Origin: Takakia lepidozioides
Lineage: Eukaryota > Plantae > Bryophyta
Assembly: GCA_030704615.1 (NCBI GenBank)
Contig: CM060731.1
Span: forward strand, 16,802,001 to 16,866,000
Direction: 5' to 3'
DNA: 64,000 nt
The notes beneath the pieces are model-generated. The model saw only the letters and a list, made by a program, of their open reading frames with translations. It did no database searches and was not told the origin of the DNA. Below are positions 50,571 through 62,700 of the stretch, in pieces. The translations under genes were made by a program, and so were the position numbers. Every line of letters begins with the position of its first letter. The stretch's first letter is position 1.

Positions 50571-50955
50571 TTATGTGGGTGTTGACGCCCACATAATTCA
50601 TGGGTCTCTCGCAAGTCCTCCAATGACACAATACAACGGGTTTTTTTTTATTTCTTTTTAAATAATGTGAGGACTTATGTGGGTGTTGACGCCAACATAA
50701 TTCATGGACCTCCCGTACGTCATCCAATTACACCAAAAAATAAAATAAAAATAAAATAAAAATAAAATTGAGAAAGTATATGGGTGTTGACGCCCACATA
50801 ATTCGTGGACCTCCTGCAAGTCCTCCAATGACCCAACCCAAGAACAAAAAACAAACAAAAAAACAAAAACCCTTAATTTTTATTTTTTCAAATATAAAAT
50901 ATGATGACTTATGTGTGCGACGCCCACATAATTCGTGGACCTCCCGCAAGTCCTG
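50571..50955. repeat. Four ~55-bp hairpin-containing repeats separated by A/T-rich spacers
   Basis: ttatgtgggtgttgacgcccacataattc(a/g)tggacctcc.gcaagtcctccaatgac near 50571, 50675, 50778 and 50909. Confidence 0.85.
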
Positions 50956-51039
50956 TGTAATAGTTTTGGTCATGGTTAACTAGAATTACCTACTTCTAGT
51001 TAATTAGGACATTTTGGATGTTTATATTTGTATTTTGTG

Positions 51040-51930
51040 TGTTGGGACTTCATTTGGTCTCACATGCCAAGTGAGATGCCAAGTCTCACTTGGGACATGG
51101 GGATGGGTTTTCCCCTTGTGAGGGTTTAGGAGGGCTAATCTTCTTGTAGTTGAGCCTCCATGAGCCTCTCTCACGTCCATAGCTCTAGGTATTGAGAGGG
51201 AGTGTGTTGAGGGCTTTGTAGGGTAGATTTCTTTAGCAAAGGTGCCCTTGGCTTAACTTAGTTTATGTGATAGAGTGGATTTCACTTGGAAGGAATAGGG
51301 CTTGTTCTTAGTGTGATTGCTTCATGCTTTGAGAGTTTTCATTGTCTTCCACTTCTCTCATTTCTCATCTCTTATCACTACAAAAAGATCTCCTTATGCT
51401 TTGTGAGTGCGGAGTGTAAGGATTAGTTTTGCACTTGTATATCAAGGAGGTTGAGAGCTATGAGGATTTAGCTCTTGTATTACAAGACTTGCAAGGGGTT
51501 GCAAGGAAAGGTGATCGGGTGTTGCATGCACTAAGGAGTTGGAGAGCTTGAGAAGAAAGCTCTTGAGTCATAAGTTTTTGCATGGATTGCAAGGAGGAAG
51601 TCTTGTGAGTGTGGAAGAAAGATTCTAGGGTTTGAGAATCCTTTATATGCATTGTGGAGTCAATGGTGTGTGTCGTGGCTTGTGGAGAGCAACTAAAGGA
51701 TTGTTAGTATTCAGTTCACTATCAATCTAGGGATAAGCAAATTGAAAGTGTGGATGTTGTAGAAGAGAAGCCAAGGAGCTACATAGCTTGGGCTTGAAGA
51801 CAACAAGGGCAAACACTTGGAGATTAGTAAGAAGCTCAAGAGGTTTTGAAATGGAGCATGTGAAGAAATCTTCCAATCATGGTGGTGTGGATCCAAGCTT
51901 AGGGCATTGGAAGAGCTTGGAGCTCATCAT
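51040..51930 (+). mobile_element. Probable solo-LTR-like remnant
   Basis: TG...CA ends and composition similar to the 20461-21490 LTR-like region; no TSD found. Confidence 0.4.
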
Positions 51931-52079
51931 TTCTGGATTAATAGGGTGGATATGCCCATTCCCATGACCTTATCCATTCCCGTTCCTTAGAATAATCACC
52001 TATTACAGTTGCACGACATTTTATTTTATTACATTTAAGTTCCAACTAGCATCTGAAGCCATAATAGAAATAAGTGGCG

Positions 52080-54620
52080 TTCAGTCATTTTTCTACAGGA
52101 ACACAAAATGGACCAGGTAAAAATAGATAGGCCAAATGACTTCTTGTGGCCAATTTCCTCAGCTCTGTGGAAGCCCACCTCGATAGGGACTAGGGGGGCC
52201 ACTACGATTCTGCTATCTCCCTCCCTTCACACACTACTTTCCAATGAAGAAGTTTGGCTACCGGGTAGGCTCCAGTTTTGTTCTATTTCTATGCCCAATA
52301 ACCAAGGCACTTTGGGTCTGGTGAATGTTTACGCTCCAAATACCTCCCTGGAAAGGGTTGTCTTCTGGCAGACCTTGGATTCCAAAATGAGAGATAATCA
52401 AGCCATTGATAGTTGGATCATTGCGGGTGATTTCAATATGGTGGAGTCCCATGAAGACAGAAGGGGTATTGGCTCCTTCCACCCTCTTTCGGAGGAAATG
52501 GATCACTGGAATACCTGTCTCCAAACTCATAGCCTGGCAGAAACTCACCCATTATCCATTCAAGCCTCCTCTTTATCCTTCATATGGACAAATAATGGAT
52601 CACTCACTGACCTTTGTATGGCACGCTTGGATAGAGCTTATGTCTCTCTCTAGTTCAGTGCTCCAAAAGGCTACCTCAAGATCCCATTCCGTTGGGATTT
52701 GACCACGCTCCGATTCAGTAATCCTTTCCTATTCAAGAGTCAAAACGCAGAGGCAGAGGTCTGTTCAAGATTAACAACCTCTTGCTCAAGATCCCTTCTT
52801 TCAAACTTGGTTTTATTCAACCCTGGACCACAACAGGAAACAATGATCAAAACCCGACGGACGGATTTTTGGCAAAACTGAAAGCAGTTAATGTGGAAAG
52901 CCAAAGGATGAGCCAAGCCTATGGTTTAATCCGGAAAAAAAAAAAAAAAAAAAAAAAAAACAGCTCGTGTAGCCAAGGTTAGAGCAGCAACAGGTTACCA
53001 CACAATGCTGCAAAGCGTCCCAGCTCCTTGGCTGGCTTGTTTGTCTCAAGGTCCCCCCCCTCCCTCTCTCAACTCTTGGGCGCTGGTGATCTTGTGTCGC
53101 GGCCCTTCGTCTTGAGGGCAGGGGGTCGGGACACGAGAGGGGCTGCCCCTGTGGTGGGGGCAGTGGCGACGATAGATGCGGGGGCTAAAGCACCCTTGAG
53201 TGTCCAAGGCACTCAAGGGGGGGGGGGGGGGGGTGGCGGAGGCGCTCACTAGGTGGAGCCCCGCACACCGGGTTGCGGTGGGGGGGTGGTTCCACGAGGG
53301 GTGGTGGTAGCTTAGTGGGACTTAGTGGGGGTGGCATAGGACTCACCGTGGGGGTGGAGACCTTGTGGTGGGAGTCGTGGGGAGTCTTGGGACTCATCAC
53401 AGTCCAATGGGACCGTGGTGAGTGGGCCAAGACTCAACGCGACTCATCACCGGAAATCGAGGGTTTTCGTGGTGGTTCGCCATAAAATGACATGGTTGTT
53501 TGTGAAACCCCCGCGGACAGTCACAGAAGTATATATAGGGAGTAGTAATCCCAAGAACGATGCAAGCCCGTTGGTGACCAAAAACTAGTAAGTAAGCGTG
53601 CGAGCCGGAAAACGACCAGGGTGTGGGGAGCTATCCCGGACTGCCATCGACCAAAGGGAATTTCCACTAGGCCCAAATTGGGAGAGGGTCTTGTGGGGGA
53701 GTGAAGGGGGACCGTTATGTCCCGGTGAGCAGCCGAAGCTCCGAGTTGGTCCGGCGGCCAGTTAGGGAGTTAGGCGCGCGCATCAGAGCGAGTAACTATG
53801 ACTTGAAAGGGAGCTTACCGAAGTGAGGTGCGCGACATCCTACAGGGGCAGTTTACCATCTTGTTTGTTTCAGATATCTCGAACTTAAGGCATTTCCATT
53901 CAGCATAGATACGACATCGCTTGCACTTAATCTCCTCTCACTAGAGCCGATCATTTCAACCAGGTCCGCTCACAGCAGTCAGGATATGCTGATGGACCTC
54001 GCCAGATAAAGCAATGAACCGGGAACCACCCCTGACATCCTCTACTCAATCCTGGCTTGCCAAAAACCGGTTCATTTGGATCTTGAGAAGACCCCTAACT
54101 GAACTGGATATTGACCCTGCGGAATGGAAATGGTCTTTCTCAACCTCACCTGAACCTTTCTTTGCTCTACTAAAAAAGGATACAGGGCCCTCTTGACATC
54201 CCCATCTCTCAACACTAAATTGGAATCACGTTGGAGCCAACATGGCTTTCAGAACGAGAAGTGGTCTGTCATCTGGGGGTCAGTCTGGATCAAATCGAGA
54301 CCAGCCAAGATTTCCGCCTTTCTATGGCAAATAGTCTATAGGGTATTGAAGGTGGGAGAATGGTTACAATTCCAGAATGCCCTCCTTTTGTTTCTGTTGC
54401 AGCCTTGGCATATTATAAACTTTGGAATACTGTCTTCTTAGTTGTTCAGCACCAGCTGCGATCTGGCCTCATGTTAAGGCCCTCTACCTTCATTGGAAAC
54501 CCAGAATTCTTTCAACCACAGATATTCTCCTAAATTATGACCCAGTCTCCAAGTCACGAGCCATTACCTGCCCTGTTTATGAAAGCTTCCTCACTGTGGC
54601 ATTTATGGAAAGCAAGATAT
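52080..54620 (+). mobile_element. Decayed L1-like LINE: AP-endonuclease (52080-52990) and zf-RVT end (53850-54620), RT core missing, GC-rich insert at 53030-53830
   Basis: LVNVYAPN...WIIAGDFN...ARLDRAYVS; WGSVWIKSRPAKISAFLWQIVYRVLKVGEW. Confidence 0.8.
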
Positions 54621-55260
54621 AAGTTCAGGTGTCAAGTTAAATAAACACAGTGTGAAACTAACTAGAATAAAGCTAGTTATTTGTATTTAACACTTGGATT
54701 TAGTTCAAGTGTTAAGTCAGGTGTCAAGTTTAGATTGACACCTGAACCGTCTTATCTTCACGCGAGCGTCAGTCGTGCGGCTCATCTCTCTCGAGTTGAG
54801 CCTGCGCGACCGAGCTCCTTCATCGCTTTAGAACTGAGTGTGCTTATGTAGGGGTATAAGTTGTTGTGGGGTGGAGTCCCCATAGCTTGGGGTGCCCCTG
54901 GCTCGACTATTATCTTAAAGAGTGATGTTGATGGATTTCATGTTTCTTATGTGAACAGTGTGTGTCTAGTTTTTCTTATCACTCGAGAGAGATGATGCTT
55001 GCATCTGTGAGTGCCAGAGGTGAGTTTGTTTTAGCACTATTATAATATATATCTTGGGGCAGGAGTCCATCTGGCCCTGCTGTTGCCATGGGTATGCGCT
55101 TGTTGTTTACACATTGGCGTTGGTTGTGATCAGGGTGTAGTGATCCCTATTTGTGGTGGCGGGAGCGCGCAGGGGGCCCTGGCAGCCCTGCTGCCTGAGC
55201 GCTGGGACACGCTGAGCACCCAGTAGGCCAGTCGTGCCCAACTTGTGTCGTCCGTTGTAT
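54620..55260 (+). mobile_element. LTR-like segment of the family also seen at 20461
   Basis: Shared ttatcttcacg...ggctcatct.tctcgagttgagcct...tgga.tccccat.gc.tggggtgc.c.tggctcgacta. Confidence 0.7.
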
Positions 55261-55339
55261 ATGCAGCTCAGGTGTGGTGTCGAGTCAGTACGCCTGGACT
55301 GTCAACAATGCTGGACTTTTTGGTCTCCTTGAGCGAATT

Positions 55340-56115
55340 CTTTGGCTTGCTCATTTTCTGACAAAGACAAGGCAGGTGCAATCGGCTGGGTGCCATGGCC
55401 CCCTCGCAGAGCTACAATTCGAAACCCAGCAAGGAGAGGCAGGCGATTCGCAAGACTTCAGCACCCTCTCTTCCCAACAATGGGTCCAGCCCGTTTTCGA
55501 GCCACGAAGTGTAATCCGATTTAAAGGCTTGGTTTACGCGTGTGTGTTTGCTGCCCTACTTCCGGTTGCAGTGATCCGTGCGTTCGTGTTCCATACGAGG
55601 CCATTTGTCCGTCATGACACGAAGGAAGCTGGCAGCTTGTGTCTATATTCTAATGTATCCAATCTTACCGATTTGGCGGTTGCAGTTCAAGGTCCAAGCG
55701 CCACAGAACCTGACGACATCAAGGAACTTGTCCCTGAAGACAAAGGGGTCCAGTACCATCAACTCTGTGACCACAGCTCAAGGTTTAACAACCAAGGAGA
55801 CTTACATCACCAAGGAAGCTGGAAGCTTATTTCTCGAGACGAAGGGATCGAATGTCACTGTTCTAGCTGGCACAAGAGCATGTGACCTGTCCATAGGGAC
55901 CTGGGTGCCTGATCCCCAACCCCCTCTGTACACGAATGAAACGTGCCAGTAAATTGGAGATGATCAAAACTGCATGAAGAATGGACGGCCTGACAGTGGG
56001 TATTTGCACTGGAAATGGAAGCCAAATGATTGTGAGCTGCCTCGGCTTGATGGCAGAGCCTTCTTGGAGTCAATGAGAGGCAAAACTGTGGCCTTTGTGG
56101 GGGACTCCATTGCAG
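55340..56115 (+). pseudogene. TBL: Trichome-birefringence-like (TBL/PMR5N) gene 5' fragment
   Basis: TM-like segment, then ACDLSIGTWVPDPQPPLYTNETCQ*IGDDQNCMKNGRPDSGYLHWKWKPNDCELPRLDGRAFLESMRGKTVAFVGDSIA; breaks off after GDS; stops and frameshifts present. Confidence 0.9.
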
Positions 56116-56273
56116 GGGAACGCCATATAGTGATTTAATACAGGCTGGGGGTGGTGATGGAGCGCCGCTGTGACAGCTGATCTGGTCAGGCGGCACTTGT
56201 GCAAGGAGGAAATTTGGGGTTTTTTCCCTTGTAGCTGGCAAGATGCTTAGAATGGTTAAACAGCCATCCTTCG

Positions 56274-56877
56274 TCATCTGTTCTTTATATTGCCCTTGGA
56301 ACTCACTGCAGCCAGGGGCCATGTGAATCCCGTCCACAGAAGACTCACAGCAAGGGGGACATCGATGATGATCTCCTTCGCGGTGGGCTTCTTGCTGCTC
56401 CTGACTGCAATCAGGTAGCTCCTGCCAACCCATCCAATCCATCCTGCGATGTACAAGAACACAATTCCTGGGTATACAAACTCTCCCAAATACTTCTGGT
56501 CGCCATCGACAATCAAGTGAGGAAGACCGTCAGTTCCACACAGCAATCCCTCGTTGCCGTAGAAGGCAAACCGTCTCTTGGTCTTCTCAATAGTGGCATT
56601 GATAGCAAGTGTCGGTGCGCTATCAGCAAAAAGGGGCGGTGCCAACAATGGCGGCCAGGGCCAAAGCCGTTGCCATCTTTCTAGCTGTTTCTGCTACAGA
56701 CTGCTCGCTCTTCACATCCTTGTCAGAAGATGCTCGCACTGCCAGAGAAGGACCCCGGTAAGAGACAGAGGGCACGGACGACACTCGCAAGGCCCGACCA
56801 CTCAGCAACCTCTGCTGCCGCACAGCATCCACTCCTGCAGCGGGAGTCACCAAGGCCCTGGCAGCTACGGTCGCCAT
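56274..56877 (-). pseudogene. PSAF: Photosystem I subunit F pseudogene with internal deletion/frameshift and altered C-terminus
   Basis: Transit peptide MATVAAR...[15 protein letters not shown], then a frame change to [39 protein letters not shown]...[25 protein letters not shown]...EIIIDVPLA. Confidence 0.9.
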
Positions 56878-58139
56878 CTCTCCCTTCTTCTTCCTGTCTG
56901 TGCGCTCTGTGGCCTCCTTCCTCTCTCTCCTGAGCATACTGAGTTCGTGATTAATGTGAGGCCATTTCTGTCAGGACCAATTGGCCTTGCGGTTTATGAG
57001 TCCAAGGAATTCTTAGGGAACCTGCAGTGGAAAAAAAAAAACGTGGGAACAGTTTTTAATGGCGAGAACGTTTTGGGTGTGAAAAATTAAAAGAAATTCG
57101 TTCTTTGATCTAATTTAAATTAGATAGAGCTTGTTTGGCCATAACTTTGGCCTACCAAGGCCGTTTGACCCAAAACTTGCGCAGGGACCTACAGAAAGGG
57201 GAAATCTACCGAAAGGGGATATCTGAAGAAAGGGGATATCTACCTATCTAGACATGATTTTTGTTTTTGGGACTTTGCTAAAAATCTATGGAATTTTTAG
57301 AGTGTGAGTGTGCCGTGAAAGATCCACAATTCTGTCTCTAGAACATGTTCTGGTCTATATGAGAGACAAATCTGTGGATGTCCTCCTTGTACGGCTGGGG
57401 GAAATGAGGACGTAATTGAAGGGCAGGTCTCTTCTCTTAGCCTGTACACACAAGGGGACATGATTTATGTTTCCTAAGGAACTCAGACTGATTTGAGTGG
57501 AGAACAGTTGGACGATTTCATTGCATACTGGGAGTCAGGCATTAGCAGTAGACAACAAACTGCTGTAGTTGGCGTTGAGGGCCTCAATGTTGCTTGGGAC
57601 AGTCAGAACTCTGTTGGAGCCAGCAGTTCTGCAGCTGTAAGTGAAATACCAAAGTGGGTGAAAGCTAGGCTTGGAACACAGCCAAAGACAGCCCCGGGGA
57701 CCAAGGTGTTTAGCCACAAGGCTGTGGAGTGCTGGAGTAGAGGAGCAAGAGCTACACAAGTTTGTGCAATCAGACATGGTTGCAGCCGGACACACTCTGC
57801 ACAAGGCAACCATGAGCGGGGGTTCATTAGCAATGACAAGTTTGTTTTGCTTGAGGGAGATACAGTCATTCGCAATGAGGACACCCGCAACCGTCTCAAA
57901 GCTTTCGAGTTGAGAGACTGTCAGACCCTACCTTTATTTTCTTTAGCGTTCAGTGAGCGAGAGATAGGGGAGTATTGCTTTGTCTCTACCTGGCAGAAAG
58001 AGGAGGAGGGTTGGTTAGAGCGAGCTACTGTAGCTTGGGACAAGGTTAGTGGCAGGTTTTTGGACATAGATATACCTCCTACACCTTACCATCATGCAGA
58101 GCAAGGCACTTTGAAAGAAGTCTGGCAGTTGATAGCATA

Positions 58140-60870
58140 GATCAGGATTAGATCTTGCTTGGTCGAGCTTCTATTCTTCCCCTCCATCTTTGTACTATTC
58201 TCATTACCTTGTACTTGTAGTTGCCAAAGCCTCTCTTGGTGGAGGCCAGTCAGTCTGGGGTTGTGGGCTGGGATATTCTGTAGGATCAGCATTGCAGCTG
58301 GATTTTGGTGTGGGGGTGTTGATGTTTTGATTTCTTGTGTTTGGATCCCCCCCAACACCTGCATGCTTAACTGTGCGCCATGTTGGTTTTGTGTGGGCGC
58401 TTGCTTTCATAGGGATTAGGCCGGATTTGATCACCGGTCAATCCTAGAGTATGCTGTCGGTGGTGAGGCTAGAGTGATGACCAGCAATACCACCAGTGTT
58501 TCTTCTATGGTGAGACTGGGTTGATGACCAGCCAACCATAGGAGTTCTTGCGGTGGATGCAGATGCAGGTGCCCTGAGCCACTGGGATATGACCCTTAAA
58601 CTGCAACAGGTGCCCACCCGTGTCACCATTAGAAATAGTACTAGAGCCTTGTAGTGTCACGTGGGGGAGGTGCACATTGTGAGTGTCATCACGGAGTTAC
58701 CTAGGGGTTCTGAGGGGAGTACGGCTACAGGCAGTAGCAGTGAGAGTGGGTTCACCAGACGAGGTGTTCGTTTCAGACCACCTTCACCTCCACCTCAACT
58801 AGTGCAGAGTCAGACACAGACTTGGAGGCTTCATCAACAGGTGTGCAGTTTCATTCGCCATTGTTGTGGGACGACATGGTGGAGATGTATGGAGCTACCA
58901 AGGGGCCTCGTAGGTACTCTGGAGCTGTGGGCACAATTGAGCTGGATGACTTTATCCAGGAGTTCGACAGCTGGTGTGATTTGTAGCAGATGCGCAATCC
59001 ACAGCTGTTCACCCCATTCATGGCGTGAAAGGGACTGTTCCAGCATTTGGAAAACCCGCCTATGGACAATTACCACGAGTTCAGGCGAGGACATGAAGCA
59101 GAGATTGAGGAGTGGAGGATGTATTGGTCACCTGACTACGTCTCCATTACTCGAGGCACGACGCGACCAGTAGCTGCATCAGTACCAATATCTCCCACTG
59201 CCAGCACTAGTAGTGGAACAAGTAGTGCCGGTACTTCTGCAGGTGGTACCAGTTCAAAAGGTGCTACTACTCCTCCTGCCACGATTACAACACATGTGCC
59301 TAAATTCAACCCGGTGGTGGACTTCTTCCAGGAGTTGCGGAGGAACTACCAAGGTGTACGGACAGAGAAGCTGCAAAGTTTGCAAGACTTCCAGCGCAAA
59401 CCCAGTGAGAGCTTGCGAGAGGCCTACACTCGTATGAGGCGCTTGATAAGTGTGACCCAAGGGGTTACTGAAGCTCAAGCAATCAAGTTCTGGTATGGAA
59501 TTTTGGACAAAGAGCTCAGGAGAAGGGTGCAGGATGCAACCCTGTTATAAGCAGCCCAACCCACATTAGCAGATGTGTTTCTGATGGCTGAGCGGATTGA
59601 GCTCAACATGGTGGAGAAGCAAGTTGTTACCATTGGATTTGGCAAGGACATGCCTGCACGAGGCACAGCTGCCAGCCCACAGGCACAAGGGACTGCCCAA
59701 CAGCGTGGTCAGGGGGGCAAGGTTTCCCAGCCCAAGTTCCATAGAGCTTACAGGGGACCTCAGGTGCAGAGGCCCGTGGCATCTTTTGCAGACCAACAGC
59801 AACCAGGGGTGATATGTTGGACATGTGGAGGACCCCATGTCAAAAGAGATTGCCCAGAGAGTGGCAGAAGGCCGGCACAAGCACAGCCTGCACAGTTGCA
59901 GTGTGGGCATTGTGGCAAGTATGGGCATGGAGATGCCCAGTGTTATGACTTGCATCCTGAGTTGCGCCCAGGCCAGTTCCAAGGGAACAATGGTGGCCGG
60001 GGGCGAGGTGGACCAGCCCAGAGAGGACGGGGTGGCCGGGCACGAGGTGCAGGCCAAGGGCAAGCTCAGCATGGCCAAGGATGTGGAGGTCAGGGTGTTG
60101 ACCAAGGCATGGCCAGCCGGCTTCAGCAGCTAGAGCAGAGGCTCGCTGCCATGGCTACAGCTCAGGCGGTACCGGCTCCCAGGCGGGATGGTCCACCTCC
60201 TGCTCCTGAGGGAGGAGATATGGGAGGCATGGGATTCATGTGCAGAGCAGCGCTGCCACTAGAGCACGTGGAGTCTGCTGCAGCCGTGACTCGAGGCGCA
60301 TCACGAGTTCCTGAGCCACGAGGTGCAGAGGTGGAATTGGATCCACAGCGTGGGGAGGCAAGCCGTCAGGCGAGGCTTCCTTAGTCATTCACATTGGCGG
60401 AGACTGTGTCGACGCCATGCATGACACCTAGTTCTCGCTCGACTGTTACTGAGGCGAAGGTTACTATGCCATTGGGGAGAGCTACACGTGCAGCACTCAC
60501 ACCTGCTGCGAGGCTAGTGCAGCCGGTGTGTTGTTGGGGGCAGCCACCTTTGTGTGTCAAGCCCCACTGTTCTCGGCAACCATGATTGCGACGCCGGGGG
60601 TAAGACCAACTGCAGTGTTCAGACTAGCAGCAACACTCTGTGAGAGTGGGGAGGCCACTTCATCTTCTGCGGAGTTAGTGGAAGGTGTAGTGGCAGAGGG
60701 ATCCTCGGATTTGAGGGTCAAGACTGCCACGAATGCGTCATGGGAAGCTGCAGCTGCCAGGTTGACGGAGCTGCCAGCTAGGCTGGCCCAGTTGGAGGAC
60801 GCCGGCTTTCGTCTGCACCGATCTGTGGTGTCGACTCTTGGTGGCCTTGCTGTTATGGTGCCTCCTCCAG
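58140..60870 (+). mobile_element. Ty3/gypsy-like retrotransposon leader and gag with two zinc knuckles; pol absent
   Basis: LQDFQRKPSESLREAYTRMRRL (gag); CWTCGGPHVKRDC and CGHCGKYGHGDAQC; RG-rich region; in-frame stops at about 58984, 59548 and 60382. Confidence 0.85.
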
Positions 60871-61295
60871 ACGATACTTTGCATCCCACGAGAAGGAATG
60901 ACAAAACAGTGCATCGGGTGGCTTCGGGGCCTGATCACGATGCGAAGGTGGAATCGGCCAGACTACTTCAGGCTCGGGTAACAGGAACTATGGAAGTACC
61001 TTCACTTGGGTATGGACGGGTTTATACTTTGGTCACATTTGGGTCTGTTTTGCACGACAGGGCCTATCAGGTGACGGTGGGAAATTTTCCGGGGTGTACC
61101 TGTCCCGACTTTGTGTGCATGCGTGAGGAAGCTCTAGGAAAAAGATGGAAATGGGTTCCCTCCAAGCATCTTTACTACACCTTTTTGCGCAAGATGTATT
61201 GTGATCCCAAAAGAGACCAAATCATTCACCAGATGACACTCGGTCCTGGTGAGGTACGGACACTTTTGCAGCGAGACATTGGCAATACCGAGTAG
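60870..61295 (+). pseudogene. SWIM-type zinc-finger ORF fragment joined in frame to retro-derived sequence
   Basis: YQVTVGNFPGCTCPDFV...WVPSKHLYY (CxC...C/SxH; the third Cys is replaced by Ser). Confidence 0.7.
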
Positions 61296-61629
61296 TGTTG
61301 CATATGTTGCAATTTTTCGCAATGTCGGAAAGGGCTGCCTTGTTTGTAGAACATGTATTCACAGTTCTTAAATCTAGACAAGCAAGCGATGTCTCGTTAT
61401 GAAAGGTAGTTTTTTTTTTCATCGGGTTTGGTTTACGAGCCTCTAAAATTGTGTGCGTCAACGCATACCACTTCTGCCCCCACCCCCAACATTGCCCCGG
61501 GTATATAAAATAAAAATAAAAAATAAAAATTGTCTTTTTTCTGTTCGCGGGCCTGCCAAACATGGACAAGTGTCAGTATGAAAGCTTATTTTATTTTTTC
61601 ACGGCCTCTACAGAAGCATTGCGTAAATG

Positions 61630-62700
61630 AGCTTCATGATGACCATCTGTTTTTTTTCCACTTCTTCTTGAATAACAGGCACCTCAACAAGTTTCACAAT
61701 GACAGCTCATTTATTTTCCACGTCCTCTATACAAACTAACCCTAAATAAGCATTCATGATGACCATCTGGTTTTTTTTCACCTCTTCTTCAATAACAGAA
61801 ACCTGAAGAAGTTTGACAATGATAGAACTCAACTTTTTTTTTCACCTCTTCTTCACAAACAAACCCTAAATAAGCATTCATGATGACCATCTGATATTTT
61901 TTTCATCTCTTCTTCAATAACATAAACCTTAACAAGTTTGAGAATGAGATCTCAATTTTTTCACCTCTTCTTCACAAACAAACCCTAAATAATCATTCAT
62001 AATGACCATCTGATTTCTTTTTTCACCTCTTCTTCAATAAAAGAAACCTGAACAAGTTTGACAATGATAGAGCTTAACTTTTTTTTTCACCTCTTCTTCA
62101 CAAACAAACCCTAAATAAGCATTCATGATGACCATCTGATTTTTTTTTCACCTTTTCTTCAATAACAGAATCCTAAACAAGTTTCACAAAGATAGCTCAA
62201 TGTTTTTTTTTTACATGTTCTTCACAAAGAAACCCTAAATAAGCAATCACAATGACCATGTGTTTTTTTCCACCTCATCTTCAATAACACAAACCTGAAC
62301 AAGTTCCACAATAAACCGCTCATTTTGTTACACATCTTCTTCACAAACAAAGCCTAAATAAGCTTGAAGATGACCATCTGTTTAATTTTCACCTCATCTA
62401 CATTAACAAAAACCATTGTCTGTTTCACAATGAGGGGTCATATTTTGGGGCCTGTTCTTGCCCATCCTCATGATTTTAAACCTCTCCTGCAATATTTCAT
62501 CCATCCATCATCCATCCACCATGGATGAAATACTGGAAACGTCAGATAGCTTGACAATGAGCATCCAAACTTTTCTTGCCTCTTGTTCATGCAAGAATCC
62601 TTAAGTAAGATTCATGATGACTCACCCAGCCTTTTTTTTTCACCTCTTCTTCAATAAGAAAACCTCAGTAAGTTTCACAATGACCATTCCATTATTTCTA
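61630..62700. repeat. About 120-bp tandem satellite built from two ~60-bp subunits, about 7-8 units
   Basis: aaaccctaaataagcattcatgatgaccatctg(t)ncacctcttcttcaataacagaaacctgaacaagtttgacaatga..., repeated. Confidence 0.9.

Noticed and set aside
50571-50955. CRISPR-like repeat-spacer array
   Set aside because: Eukaryotic context, low-complexity poly-A/T spacers of uneven length, ~55-bp degenerate repeats and no cas genes.
61630-62700. C/D snoRNA cluster (ATGATGA and CTGA in each unit)
   Set aside because: The motifs are only about 4 nt apart within a satellite unit, and no terminal stems or guide regions are evident.
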